Shown here: one piece after another, positions 25,731 through 38,537 of the stretch
Numbering within the stretch: the first letter of the stretch is position 1
How the letters are laid out: each line of letters begins with the position of its first letter
Assembly (NCBI GenBank): GCA_951406725.2
Contig: OX597829.1
Span: forward strand, 53,568,001-53,632,000
Origin: Octopus vulgaris
Taxonomy: Eukaryota
Length of the DNA stretch: 64,000 nucleotides
Direction: 5' to 3'
Notes under the pieces: model-generated
The model's input: the letters and a program-made list of their open reading frames with translations, nothing else
The model's database searches: none
What the model was told of the DNA's origin: nothing
Program-made: the position numbers and the translations under genes

Positions 25731-26717
25731 TTAAATAAGTCTGGTGTTTTTTCGCTATTTTATCATTGAGTTTTATACTTGGTGGATGCTTTTATTGGTC
25801 ATAGGAAGATCAATTGCTTTTAGTTTTTCAATCCTACTTAGTTTTACAGTGTTGTGGTTATGGTTTTCACCATTAGAATTTCTTTTTTTTAAATCTTCGT
25901 CATATTCCTTCTTTATTGAGATTTTTGTTTGTGCAGTTATGTTCTGGGTTTCCTTGATCAGTATTGTGCAGTTGTAGGGTCAGAATTTGTTGTTTTATTG
26001 CTTATTTCATTTGTGCTGAGAAGACCCGTGAAGCCGAGTGAGATTGTAGCCGTGGCCATTGCTGATGTTCCATAACTGGCACCTGTGCCAGTGGCACATA
26101 AAAAGTACCCTACTACACTCTTAGAGTGGTTGGTGTTAAGAATGGCATCGAGCTGTAGAAACCATCCCAAATCAGATTGGAACCTGGAGCAGTTCCCCAG
26201 CTTACCAGTTTTCTGTCAAACCGTCCAACCCATTCCAGCATGGAAAACAGATGTTAAATCTGATTTGGGATGTTAAATGATGACGATGACGATGATTTTC
26301 GTTCTATCTTTGTGGAATACATTTTCAGGACTTTTATTGTTGTTAAGTGTTTTGTAATCATTACTCTTTAACAAAGCTTGCAACTATTAAAAACACTGAA
26401 AGGAATTACTAGTACTCTATAGGCACAACCTGCCATCAGATGGTCCTGTCCAAGGTACGCAAGGAGTGATGAAACTGTACTGCATGTCCCGGTTCAGTTA
26501 CCAGACATTGCTGACTTGCAGGGTCGACCTGTGTTACGTGGCTTCTGTCACATATATAGCAGATCCGGTTCCATTGTGATGATTGCCTTGCCACTCTTCT
26601 TTAATCAGGCAAAGCCTACAAGTCAGAGAATGGCTATTTGCAGAGTACATTTGCTCACTGAGTTCTTGGATAGCTCCTTGATTGAGCCCAGAAGTCCTCC
26701 TGAGTCAGGAGAATTGC

Positions 26718-26943
26718 ATCACCACCGCCACCACCACCACCACCACCGCCACCACCACCGCCACCACCACCGCCACCAAAACCGCCACAACCACCACCAC
26801 CACCACCACCACCACCAAAACTGCCACAACCGCCGCCACCACCGCCAACGCCACCACCATCACCACCACCGCCACCACCGCCACCACCACCACCGCCAAC
26901 GCCGCCGCCGCCGCATCCACCACCACCACCACCATCATCATCA
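26718..26943. repeat. (CAC/CGC/CAT)n triplet repeat
   Basis: Direct reading. Confidence 0.95.
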
Positions 26944-27484
26944 TTCTTTTGCTAATGCTGTTTACTATGTATACTTTTATTTCATTTTTTTTTTTTTGTT
27001 GTTAATATTGAATATCATATAAAACGGTGAGCTGGCAGAAATGTTAGTATGCTGGGAAAGATGCTTTGGTAGATTTCCTCAGTCCTTGCATTCTGAGTTC
27101 AAATCTCACTGAGCTTGATATTAGCTTGACATACTAATCTCTACCCAGTCATTTTAAACATTTCCTTCTCTTCTCTACCTAAAGTGTTAACATCCATTTT
27201 CTATAACCCCCTTCTTTTAGGTTCACTTTCTAAGTAACACTGTATTACTATCTTGTTTTCTTTGCTGGTCCACTTCCTTCTCCTTGCTCTCATTCTAAAG
27301 ATGTATTATCAGCTGATAACAGGATATTAGGATAACAGCTGTAATCAGTCAGCATCTTTACCGAACTGCTGCCGAGCGAGCGAGCAAGAGGCCCACTGTT
27401 AAAGGTCCAGCTTCATTTTCGCTGTTACAATCAGAGTTTCTACAGAAACTCCTGTCTCTCATAAACTGAGGTAAGGTAATTCCC

Positions 27485-27690
27485 TTTATTCTTTTATTCT
27501 TTTACTTGTTTCAGTCATTTGACTGCGGCCATGCTGGAGCACCGCCTTTAGTGGAGCAAATCGACCCCAGGACTTATTCTTCGTAAGCCTAGTGCTTATT
27601 CTATTGGTCTCTTTTTGCCAAACCGCTAACACACTAGCATAGTTGTCAAGCGATATTGGGGGGCAGGGACAAACAGACACACAATCATAT

Positions 27691-27725
<35 letters not shown>

Positions 27726-27897
27726 CATATATACGACGGGCATCTTTCAGTTTCCATCTACCAAATCCACTCACAAGGCTTTGGTTGGCCCGAGGCTATA
27801 GTAGAAGACACTTGCCCAAGGTGCCATGCAGTGGGACTGAACCCGGAACCATGCGGTTGGTAAGCAAGCTACTTACCACACACACACTCCTACGCCT
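27485..27897 (-). mobile_element. SINE family B
   Basis: Family B body and head. Confidence 0.88.
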
Positions 27898-28007
27898 TCT
27901 GACATCCCTTTTTTTATCATACCTAGGGCTCCTACAATAACAGGAACAGTTCTTGCTTCAAGATGCCACATCTTTTGTATTTCAACTTCCAGGTCTTTAT
28001 ATTTACT
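27898..28007 (-). mobile_element. R4/Dong endonuclease C-terminal fragment
   Basis: Minus frame SKYKDLEVEIQKMWHLEARTVPVIVGALGMIKKG; abuts a (TTA)n tract. Confidence 0.8.
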
Positions 28008-28009
28008 TA

Positions 28010-28058
<49 letters not shown>

Positions 28059-28357
28059 TAATTAATTAGTTAATTAATCAATTTGAATACAGCTGTTTCG
28101 AATATACTCGTTTCATCCAGTAAGTTTTAAAATAACTATTGTTTGTCTGTGCTTGGTGCTTTCAAGGATATTTTATTGTGAACTCTTGTTTCATATTTTA
28201 TTTTTAGAGTCAGCCAAGAGTCAACTTCACCTTGAGGCTTTGTTCACTTGTGTCTCTCTCCTTTGGAGTCTAAATTTAGACTTCCATTGAGGACAAGTGG
28301 TCTAACAATAGCCAAAGCAACAAGAACCTGTCAAACAGCAACACAACACAACAAGCA

Positions 28358-28490
<133 letters not shown>

Positions 28491-29324
28491 AGAGTAACAA
28501 AAATCATAAAATTATTGATAACAACAACAACAACAACACTGAAAGTGAAAAAAATACTTTTAACAATATCAACAACAACAGCACCATATTGACCTGCAGA
28601 ACACCCCAGCCCGCCCCCTGATACTACTCCTGCCACCGCACTGCCACTGACACCACCACTACCATTACCTCCCCACCTCACTGCTAATGAAATGGAGGCA
28701 GACAATGAAACCGTTTTTATCAACAGAAGCAGCAGAAGCACCACTACAGGTAAACCTCCAAATCACCAAATTTTACCATTGTAAATAAAAGCAACAAACA
28801 ATTGGAGGTTTGCATAATACAAGGACATAGAGGCGGGCAGTGGTGGTGGCAAAGACAGGAAGAGATTTTTGAGGGGTTTGCTTTCAAATTGTTATTAAAT
28901 AAATGGTTGGTGATGACACCTACAGACACTTACAATGAAGAAAGAATTCCTAAATGACATGCACCAGGTACCTGGAAACCTTTTGAGGATTTTCCTGCCC
29001 TTTAGTGCTTGTGGAAACACTAGGATAGCAATTTAAACAATAGCTGGTATTGTGTAGGGCAGGCAAATAGGAGAGGATAAAATGAAAGACCCGCAGACCT
29101 GTTCACATGCTTTCAATTGTATGACAGGCACCCGTGGGATTTCCTGTATGTGCTACTGTGGACATGAAATAATTACATTGAATCATCCAGGCCATAAAGT
29201 ATTAGTTGGGTCAGCAGACAAGAATAGTGTTGAGTACAACCAATTGCAACTAGTCTACTACGTAACTAGCTACAAACGAACTTGAACGGTCAATCAATGT
29301 AGAACCCATAGACAGAAACCTGAC

Positions 29325-29600
29325 TGCTGTAAGCTAAATGCGTCATTCCAGTCATGTAAAGCTTACAGAGACTGGATTAGTAAAAGTAATTAAATGGTTG
29401 CTGACGTGAGCTATCATCAACAGCCAGTGGTGGATCGATCTGAGGAGGGTGATTAAAGTATAATCAATAAGGTTTAGCAAAGAAATAGAGGTAGAGATAA
29501 ATAGATTAGAGGAAGAGCGACTAAACAAATTAAGAGACGCAATTAGCAAAGACATAGCAACCAATTTGCTAGCTGTGAAAATGGCCCTCATTCATTTCTT
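29325..29600 (+). mobile_element. L1/Tx1-like ORF2 linker fragment
   Basis: CKLNASFQSCKAYRDWI / WWIDLRRVIKV*SIRFSKE resembles the post-endonuclease WKLN...WD..K..I region. Confidence 0.5.
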
Positions 29601-29899
29601 AAACATAAAACATGAGAGGACCAATGGTAGGCGGGAAAAGTAATGATATTCTCAAGGAAGCTCTGAGAATAAATTGGTTTATTTATTTTAGAGGGATTTC
29701 TCATTAGGAATTACTATGGATAACTTTCAGAAATCCTTGCACTGGATGTGCTATAAAGGAGTACTAGAGCTTTGAGAAAAACTCTCAGGCATGAAAGTGC
29801 TGTGGTGATAGGCCTCTCTGAGATGAACACAAAGCAACGAAGCCATTGAGTACAACTTAGTACAGCATGTGAGATTTGCTGTCTTGTGAAGTTATGTCA

Positions 29900-30790
29900 A
29901 ATAGCTGTCATGTGTTGGATGGATATGGCAGTCAACCAAATCCAGTGTGGTGATAGCCATTTTGCCTTCTTTCAACTGGGAAGAACAAGTAATTTTTCTC
30001 TGCCCACAACACTGTCTAATAGCATGGACTTGAATCTTGAGGTGTTCAACCACAATCCATCAACTTGGCGTTGATATTAGCTTCTGCAATTGTCTCATAT
30101 TTCTTAACAATGGTATTGACCATCTCCATTTTGGTAGTGTCTGACACCATGACAACCATGTTGTCCACATATGCTGGTGCAGCCTTCTCATATGCAAAAG
30201 GGATGTACCTCAGCTGTCTTAAATTTTACAGTGGTGGCTTTAGAGCCAGCACGCACAGAAGAGGCAATAACAAGCAGAGTTAGTTGACTGAGTGTACTCT
30301 GAAAACTGGTTCCAAAAGGCGACTGTTTATATTGACCACCGAGCAGGTGCTGCTGTGCATGGCAGTGATCCAACCTCTGAAAATGGGTCCAAAACTGACC
30401 AATTCCAGGATGGCTTTCAAGTAATGATAATCATTTCTATTGAAAGCTTCCAATTAATCCAAATTTGATCAGGGACCCACCAAAGCCAGTTTTGGTCCCA
30501 ACTTTTTCTACATGTTGCATAGGGTGAAGATTGTTGTGGATGAACCTGTTCTGAATTATGGCCATTTGCACTTTCCTAACGAAACCACAAATGCCAATGT
30601 TTTGGCTAACACCTTGACCATCTTAAATTCTGTGTTTAGCAGAATTATGGAATGAAAATTGCTTGCCACATCCCTCTGTTGACGTTCTTTTTTTAGCAGT
30701 TTCACCACTGTATGGGTCACAACTCTAAGAATTCTCCCACTCTGCTGCCAGTTGTGCTAGGTATCTACCTAGAAGTTGCCTAACTGGTAT
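29900..30790 (-). mobile_element. L1/Tx1-like reverse transcriptase, degenerate
   Basis: Minus frames NFHSIILLNTEFK, EAFNRNDYHYL...FGPIFRGWI, AYVDNMVVMV...YETIAEANIN. Confidence 0.7.
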
Positions 30791-31919
30791 GGCATGAAAC
30801 AACAGCTCAACCTGCACCATCCCTCCCCCCACCACTACACGACAAGCAGGAGAAGGTAAACACTTACACATCAACCTCTTCGACCTCACATAAAATTGAT
30901 AGATTTGGAATCCTCCTCATGCCACAAGGATTATGTTGAAACCATTGCACAAAAGACACAAGCTGAAGCAAAGAAGAAAAAACAAGTCAAAAAATGTCTA
31001 TTCCCAAGATAAATGCAAAAAGGCAAGAAAGTGAACCAGAAATTTGTCTTTAAATCATCACCATTGCCAACACAAAACCACAACAGTAACAATATAACTC
31101 TAATTATATTGCTCTAATTCAATTCTATGTTCTGACTAAGTATTGAACTAAGTTTAGTGACTCTACTTTATTTTGTGCGTTCACCTTGAGTCCTTTTAAA
31201 GTGAACTTTTGACTGCCTTCTAATTTGCATACTGGTTTGTTTCATAAGTGGCATGATACTTTTTGCACATGGATCTTTAGGTTCTGCTTTTTTTTAAATC
31301 AGCGTGCATTTTTGAGTATATATTGCGTTGTATGTGCTCACATATTATCTCCATGATTGGCTTGCATTCGAGTAATGTAATCCAAGTTAATAATTCTGTA
31401 TTAAAACATAACATTAATGAACATAAGTATAACCACAACTTTAGAAGGAAACTTAGGAACAGATTCAAATACACGATCAATACCACAACCTACAGCAACT
31501 GCTAAACATACAGCCATGTGCACAAACCAAACTCTTCTTCATCAATTTCTCAGTTGTTGAAAAGAGCAATAGCTATTTAATGCAAGAAGTTATAGAAAGC
31601 AAAAACATCCTCACAAAAGATGAAGGGGGTTGACAAACATCTATAAAATATCTCCCAAACACACTGACAAAAACTTGTATTGATCTTAGAAATAACCCAC
31701 AGACATCAGGGATTTTTTTTTTTGAGAAAAAATGGACCAGGGGACTTTAGAAAGGCCATCTGCTATTTCTTTCTCGACCAACAAGAAAACTGGACTATAA
31801 ACCTTTCTCAAAGACCAAAGTGAATGACCTCTCTACTTTTCCTTTTAAACAAACAATGTTACTCATACAACAGGTTGTATAAATGTATGTGGTCTAGAGT
31901 AAGCTGAAAAGCAAGGCTA

Positions 31920-32620
31920 CTTGCTCAATGAGCTCAAGTAACTAGACATAACTGTGGTAGTCATTAACAAGACAAGGATCTCTGAAGCACATACATCCTT
32001 ATCAATTTCCAACGGATATAAGGTATCAAATGGGTGAAGGAGTGGCAATGTTATTCTGGAAAACAATATACCTTTCTGGTAATTCAGTGGGCCTAGACAT
32101 GAACAGCAATGAAGGCAGTTGTTTTGGCTGTATAACTCCTCCCTATTTTCCAATGTATGTACACCACTACCTTGTTATGCTTGAAATATATTCAGTCTTT
32201 GTTAGATTATGTACTTGATAGTTTTTCAAATTTTCTTCATATCCTGCATTGTGAATTTGTTCCATCCTTGATGATGTGATGGTGATAGGAACTGGCATCA
32301 AGATTCTGATCTTGTACTGAAATTATCCAGCTTTCTATCTCTCCTCTCATTCCAGTACTCTTAAGCGACTCTGGTGTGTCTTCACTTGATCCACATCTGC
32401 CCCCTGCACCTATTTTGGATGCTTTCCATGCATTGCTTTGCACCGTGACCATGTTTTCTACAGCTGGAGCTGCCCAGGGTGTATGGCATTCTGCTTCACT
32501 TATTCGGCATGAATGATTGTTAACCTTGTTCTCTTTTGTGTGGTTTCTGCGATATAGATCTCATGAACTCAAAATATCAAATATATTCCTCATGGAATAT
32601 ATTTTATGTTTTGAGATTCG
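31920..32620 (-). mobile_element. Degenerate R4/Dong 3' fragment
   Basis: LKSTGMRGEIESWIISVQDQNL...SQCRI, homologous to the 20793 ORF. Confidence 0.65.
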
Positions 32621-33711
32621 GAGTGAGTTTCCTGTCAGTTATTCATCCACCCTCAATATTGTCATCATTCATCATCATCATCATCGTTGTTTAACGTCCG
32701 CTTTTCATGCTAGCATGGGTTGGACGATTCGACTAAGGACTGGCGAACCAGATGGCTGCACCAGGCTCCAGTCTTGATTTGGCAGAGTTTCTACAGCTGG
32801 ATGCCCTTCCTAATGTCAACCACTTTACAGAGTGTAGTGGATGCTTTTACGTGCCACCGGCACAAGGGCCAGTCTGGCGTTACTGGCAACGGCCACGCTC
32901 AAATGGTGCTTTTTATGTGCCACCTGCACAGGAGCCATTCCAGTGGCACTGATATATTCTACTGTGGAAATCAATTGTCCTCTGGACATCAATGTGACAA
33001 GAAAAATAAAAAAGTAAGAAGACATCTTTGGACCATTGATAAGGAGTTATGCTGCACCGGGCCCCAGTCTGATCTGGCAGAGTTTCTACAGCTTGATGCC
33101 CTTCCTAACACCAACCACTCCATGAGTGCATGGGGACTAGTCAGGCGGTACTGGCAACAGCCACGCTCAAATGGTGTTTTTTACATGCCACCTGCACAGG
33201 AGCCAGTCCAGCAGTACTGGCAACGACCTCGCTCGAATGTTTTTTCACGTGCCACCAGCACAAGTGCCAGTAAGGCGATGCTCGTAATGATCACGCTCGA
33301 ATAGTGCTTTTTACATGCCACCTGCACAGAAGCCAGTTACCTGCTCTGGCAACAATCACATTTTGTAAAGCAATTTACTTTTCCAGTTGTTATAAGTAAC
33401 GCCTGAATTGGCACAGGCAAAAATAATAAACAAGTTTGAGTTAATGAGAATAACAAATTAGATCTGGCTTTTGAAAAGAATCTCTACTTTTAATCCAAAC
33501 GCTGACTCTGATTTTCTGGGATTTTCTTGTGGTGATGGTGGTGGTAGCATTGAATGCTAATATTATAAACCATCATATGCTGTCATATGAGGTTTTTTTA
33601 GAGACTTCCTTAGTAAAAGGCTTTAAATTTGAATAAGGACACTACATTATCTGCAGATGTGAGGGTTCCTAGCCTTGACTTTGAGGTTCTCCTCATAGCC
33701 CATGGATATAT

Positions 33712-34040
33712 ACTCTTACTCTCTTTTCTCTTTTACTTGTTTCAGCCATGTGACTGTGGCCATGCTGGAGCACCACCTTTAGTCGAGCAAATCAACCCCA
33801 GGGCTTATTCTTTGTAAGCGTGGTTCTTATTCTATCGGCCTCTTTTGCCGAACTGCTAAGTTACGAGGACGTAAACACGCCAACATCGGTTGTCAAGCAA
33901 TGTTGAGGGGACAAACACAGACACACAAACATATACACACACACATATATACATACATATATACGGCGGGCTTCTTTCAGTTTCCATCTACCAAATCCAC
34001 TCAACCTGGAACCAGGAACTATGTGGTTTGTAAGCAAGCT
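33712..34040 (-). mobile_element. SINE family B with internal deletion
   Basis: Family B sequence lacking the AAGGCTTTGG...GGGACTG segment. Confidence 0.8.
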
Positions 34041-35358
34041 ACTTACTACACAGCCACTCTTACGTGCTTAATTAAAACCTTAATAGATTATGCTATTTGT
34101 GCTGTTTTTAAACAGAGTATTTTTTTATATGTTATGATAATCCTAGTATTGTCCATTAATGTTATTTTTCTCTAAATGGACATGCTATTATTGGGAGTCT
34201 TTGTTTTCAAAATACCAAAATTTTTCTATGTCTGACTCACAACATTTCTCCACTCTTTTGAAGGAAGAGTTTTGTATTTGAAGTACGCAACAATATTTTC
34301 TAATAAATTCTCTTTTATCTCTGTTAATTTGTACAGATTTTTATTTGTTTCTCAATGCAAAATTGCGCTTAGAAACTGATATTGTATCTTGAGGGTCATA
34401 TTACCAATAAAAGCATATGCACTGGTTATGTTTCACTTCACCTTTATGACCAGTCAGTTAGATAATTAATCAAAGTGGCAAGCTGGCAGAATCATTACTG
34501 CTTTGTGCAAAATGCTTAGCAGCACTTTGTCTATCTTTACCATCTGAATTCAAATTCTGCCAAGGTTACCTTTGGCTTTCATCCTTTCAGGGTCGATAAA
34601 ATAAGTACCAGTTGAACACTAGGGTCGACACAATCGACTTATCCTTGATTCCTGAAAATTGCTGGCCTTGTGCTAAAAATTGAAACCAATTAGATAAGTA
34701 GTCTTTAAATATTTTAGCTAATTAAGCTGTCTGTCAAAGACGTTTCATCAGAAGTCTGAGACCTTATCAATGACCGTGTGCTCGTCAAGAACCTTTTTTC
34801 CTTGGTATTTATTGCATATTTCATGACAGGCTTTGTGACAAAAGGATTTTGATAAACTAATTGAACACTTGATTTATTATCTAGCTCATTGGTTAGCAGA
34901 CTGAAATGAAACATAATCAGTATCTGTGGCTTTATTAACAATATGACCCTCCTAAAATACAAATTTGTACAGAATTTCCAGTTATTATTGTAGCTTCCAT
35001 TTGCTGGTAACAAGGCTATTTCTGCAGCAGCATTAGCAGCTATAGTACCACTTTCAGCTAAACTACAACTACTATTTCTAGCAGCAGCAGCAGCAACAGT
35101 AGCAGCAGTTGCAGTAGCAGTAGTAGATGATGTTGTTGTCTTCTTTGTTGTTGTTATTGTTGCTGCTGTCATCTTGTCATTATTGTTTAGCCTTCCCCTC
35201 TCTGACAGACTGGTCTTGAATAAGCAGTATTATGATCAAAGATATGTTTTTCAGTGACCATCCCAGCCTTTTTTGTTTCTAGAGATATCAAAGATAACAT
35301 TGTCCAATGTGTTCTTTCCATATTTATGAGAGACACTGGATTGTGTTTTAAAGGAGAA

Positions 35359-35744
35359 CTAGCAGTATCGCCCGGCGTTGCTCATGTTTGTAAGGGAAAT
35401 AACTATAAAGCATTTCTTGAGAGTTATAGCCAAAAAATAGAAAATAAAATGGAAAAAAATGATGGTAAATTTTTTTTTGAGATTTAAAAAAAGTGGAGTT
35501 GCATCCCCTAGACAGTTTGTGGTTCGTATTTCTGATTCTCGACCCCATGTCGAATTTATCGATTTTTTTCAGAACTGGGGGAACTTTTCAAAATTTTCGC
35601 TGCGTTAGTTTTGAATTATGACATTGGGCTATGTGTGTGTCAAGTTTCATCAGAATCGGTTGAAAGCCGTGGTCATAGTGAGGGTACAAGCAAACAGACA
35701 CACAGAAACACGCACAGACAAACTGCCGTTTATATATAGAGAGA
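35359..35744 (-). mobile_element. Non-autonomous Helitron
   Basis: Minus strand A|TCTCTCTATATATAAA ... GAGCAACGCCGGG-CGATACTG-CTAG|T; AT target, no TSD, (GTCT)-like repeats near the 5' end. Confidence 0.8.
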
Positions 35745-35874
35745 TTAGCAGTTATTTTTAACAGGTAAAGAAAATCTGGACAACATTTTCCCATCAGCTG
35801 ACCATATGAGATACTGCCTTTCAAAAATCAGTCTACAGCAATGAAGTAACTTATCTAATACTGTATACAGTATA

Positions 35875-36397
35875 CTGTAAATCCTCGAGTATAGCCCGCC
35901 CTTGACTATAATACATAGGGGATTTTTAGGGGGCTATACCTATGAAAAACCTAAACCATGTGTATAATACGCACCCCTTCTCTAACTTGAGTCGTGCATA
36001 ATTAAGCCAGCAGCACCTAGTTGAACAAACACTTCCGCACATGCATAATACAATAATGGTGATGTTTTTAACTGTTGTATGGGAATGTAAATATGGTTGC
36101 AAATTGTTTTTGTTACATGTTATTCTGTGTTCTGAATACATTTATTTTAATAAATGTTGCTTACGGCAAGTTATGGATGATTCTTTTATGACTTCATTGC
36201 TTTCAGGCTTAGCTTAAGGTATTTTCGTGCCCGACATCACAAAATGCATCTGAATAAACGTTGCTGGACAGTAAATAGAGACTCAGACATTGCTTAGAAA
36301 ATATTTTTCATTTTTAACATCATATATAGTACGCACTAGGGATTTTGACCTTTAAATTTGGGGGAAAAAAATGCAGATTGTACTCGAGGATTTACGG
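35875..36397. mobile_element. Tc1/mariner-pogo type MITE
   Basis: TA-CTGTAAATCCTCGAGTATA ... TGTACTCGAGGATTTACGG terminal inverted repeats. Confidence 0.8.
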
Positions 36398-36731
36398 AAG
36401 TCTATACAATATATAGGTTTCAAATTTTGGCACAAGGCCAGCAATTTCAGGAAAGCAGTAACTTAATCACAAATTGACCACCGCTGCTCAACTGGTACTT
36501 ATTTTATCAACCTCAAAAAGATGGAAGGCAAAGTCAACTTCAGCAGAGTTTTAACTCAAAATGAAAACAGAGAAGAAAAACCACAAAGCATTTTGTCTGG
36601 GATGCTAATGATTCTGCAAGGTTGCTTGCCTTACACACTCTACCATAAATTACATGCACCAAAGCACTGTAACACATACACCTTCTATACTACACTGAAC
36701 GTTGTATACAATACAAACAGTTTTTCTATAA

Positions 36732-36765
<34 letters not shown>

Positions 36766-36768
<3 letters not shown>

Positions 36769-37440
36769 CAAAATAGATGAACATCAATGGAATTTGTATC
36801 CTTGTGGTACCAGTGCCGGTGGCACATAAGAAAACCATCCGAACGTGACCGTAGCCAGTACCGCAATGACTGGCCTCCGTGCTGAGGGCACGTAACAAAC
36901 ACCATCCGAGCGCGGCCGTCCGCCAGCCTCGTCTGGCACCTGTGTCGGTGACACATAAGAAAACACCATCCGAGCGTGGCCGTCTGCCAGCCTCGTCTGG
37001 CACCTGTGTCGGTGGCACATAAAAAACACCATCCGAGCGTGGCCGTCTGCCAGCCTCGTCTGGCACCTGTGTCGGTGGCACATAAAAAACACCATCCGAG
37101 CGTGGCTGTCTGCCAGCCTCGTCTGGCACCTGTGTTGGTGGCACATAAAAAACACCATCCGAGCGTGGCCGTCTGCCAGCCTCGTCTGGCACCTGTGTCG
37201 GTGGCACATAAAAAACACCATCCGAGCGTGGCCGTCTGCCAGCCTCGTCTGGCACCTGTGTCGGTGGCACATAAAATCACCCACTACACTCTCGGAGTGG
37301 TTGGCGTTAGGAAGGGCATCCAGCTGTAGAAACACTGCCACATCTGACTGGCCTGGTGCAGCCTTCGGGCTTCCCAGACCCCAGTTGAACCGTCCAACCC
37401 ATGCTAGCATGGAAAGCGGACGTTAAACGATGATGATGAT
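36766..37440 (+). mobile_element. Young RTE 3' UTR copy with six 63-bp tandem units
   Basis: Unit AAAAAACACCATCCGAGCGTGGCCGTCTGCCAGCCTCGTCTGGCACCTGTGTCGGTGGCACAT; exact 63-bp period at 37021/37084/37147/37210. Confidence 0.9.
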
Positions 37441-37578
37441 ATATATATATATATGTATATATATTATCCAAAGAGTACAATGTTATATATCCATTACTGC
37501 GGATCTTACCAATCAGTTTTACACTAGGGATTCAATGCAGTGTCAGAAGTAGTCACCATGTTTCAATCCATATCAGCT

Positions 37579-37662
37579 ACCTCTGATGAGCACAGGGTTA
37601 CATAATTGGATTGTTACCTAACACTCCATTGAATCCCTAGCATGAAACCAATTGGTAAGATC
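37579..37662 (+). ncRNA. Hammerhead-like motif with ~54-nt stem II
   Basis: CT-CTGATGA-GCACAGGG...CCCTAGCAT-GAAAC-CAATTG-GTA-AG; stem III is the palindrome ACCAATTGGT. Confidence 0.5.
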
Positions 37663-37816
37663 GGCCCACGAGTGGATTCCTTATGTGTTTAAATGTACAC
37701 TGTATTTTATGACTAATACATAGTCTTTGGACTAAATTTTTACACGCTGGGCCACTGGAAGTGAAAATTTCTATTAATTTCCATTTCCCTTTGATATGAT
37801 TAAGTATATATATAGG

Positions 37817-37950
37817 TATCTACGAGATACCACCATGCTGAAAATAGCAGCCATGATCTGACCTTAAAATCACCAAAATTGTCGACAATTTAGGTGGTTT
37901 TAAAGTCAGATCATGGCTGCTATTTTCAGCATGGTGGTATCTCGTAGATA
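37817..37950. repeat. 134-bp spacerless palindrome
   Basis: 67-bp arms centred on GTC|GAC, 3 mismatches. Confidence 0.95.
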
Positions 37951-38054
37951 TCCTAATTTATAATTTTAATAATTATTACCTTTGAAGGTTATTTTTTCCA
38001 TACTGACCACTTGATAAAATCGTTATTATATTTTTAAATTAACGATCTTATCCA

Positions 38055-38097
<43 letters not shown>

Positions 38098-38161
38098 GCT
38101 TCATTTTTTCCAATTCTAACAAGTAAATTTGCTACTTAACCTCGAATCAACCAGTTCTGAT

Positions 38162-38245
38162 CAGCAGTTTTCAACCAGGGTTCACATGACCCTTGTGGGG
38201 TTCCATATAAGATTTTCTTGTTAAAATTTACCTACAATAAATAAG

Positions 38246-38293
<48 letters not shown>

Positions 38294-38537
38294 CCAAAGA
38301 GTACAATGTTATATATCCATTACTGCGGATCTTACCAATCAGTTTTACACTAGGGATTCAATGCAGTGTTAGATAACAATACACAAAATGTTTTAACAAT
38401 TTTTAGTACAATTCCTTATAATTCAATTATAAAATATAATAAGGATTGTTTAAACATCGAAATGTCTATGAAAGTTCACTCAAGTAAAATAGGAATCAAA
38501 GTGGGGCCCATAGGTAAAAACTGGTTGCAAACTCTTG
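38162..38537. mobile_element. hAT-like MITE carrying an internal insertion
   Basis: Ends CAGCAGTTTTCAACC / GGTTGCAAACTCTTG; homologous to ~56436-56655, which lacks the insert. Confidence 0.5.

Noticed and set aside
36650-37410. 170-208 aa repetitive ORFs
   Set aside because: Arise from the stop-free 63-bp VNTR, which is open in several frames on both strands.
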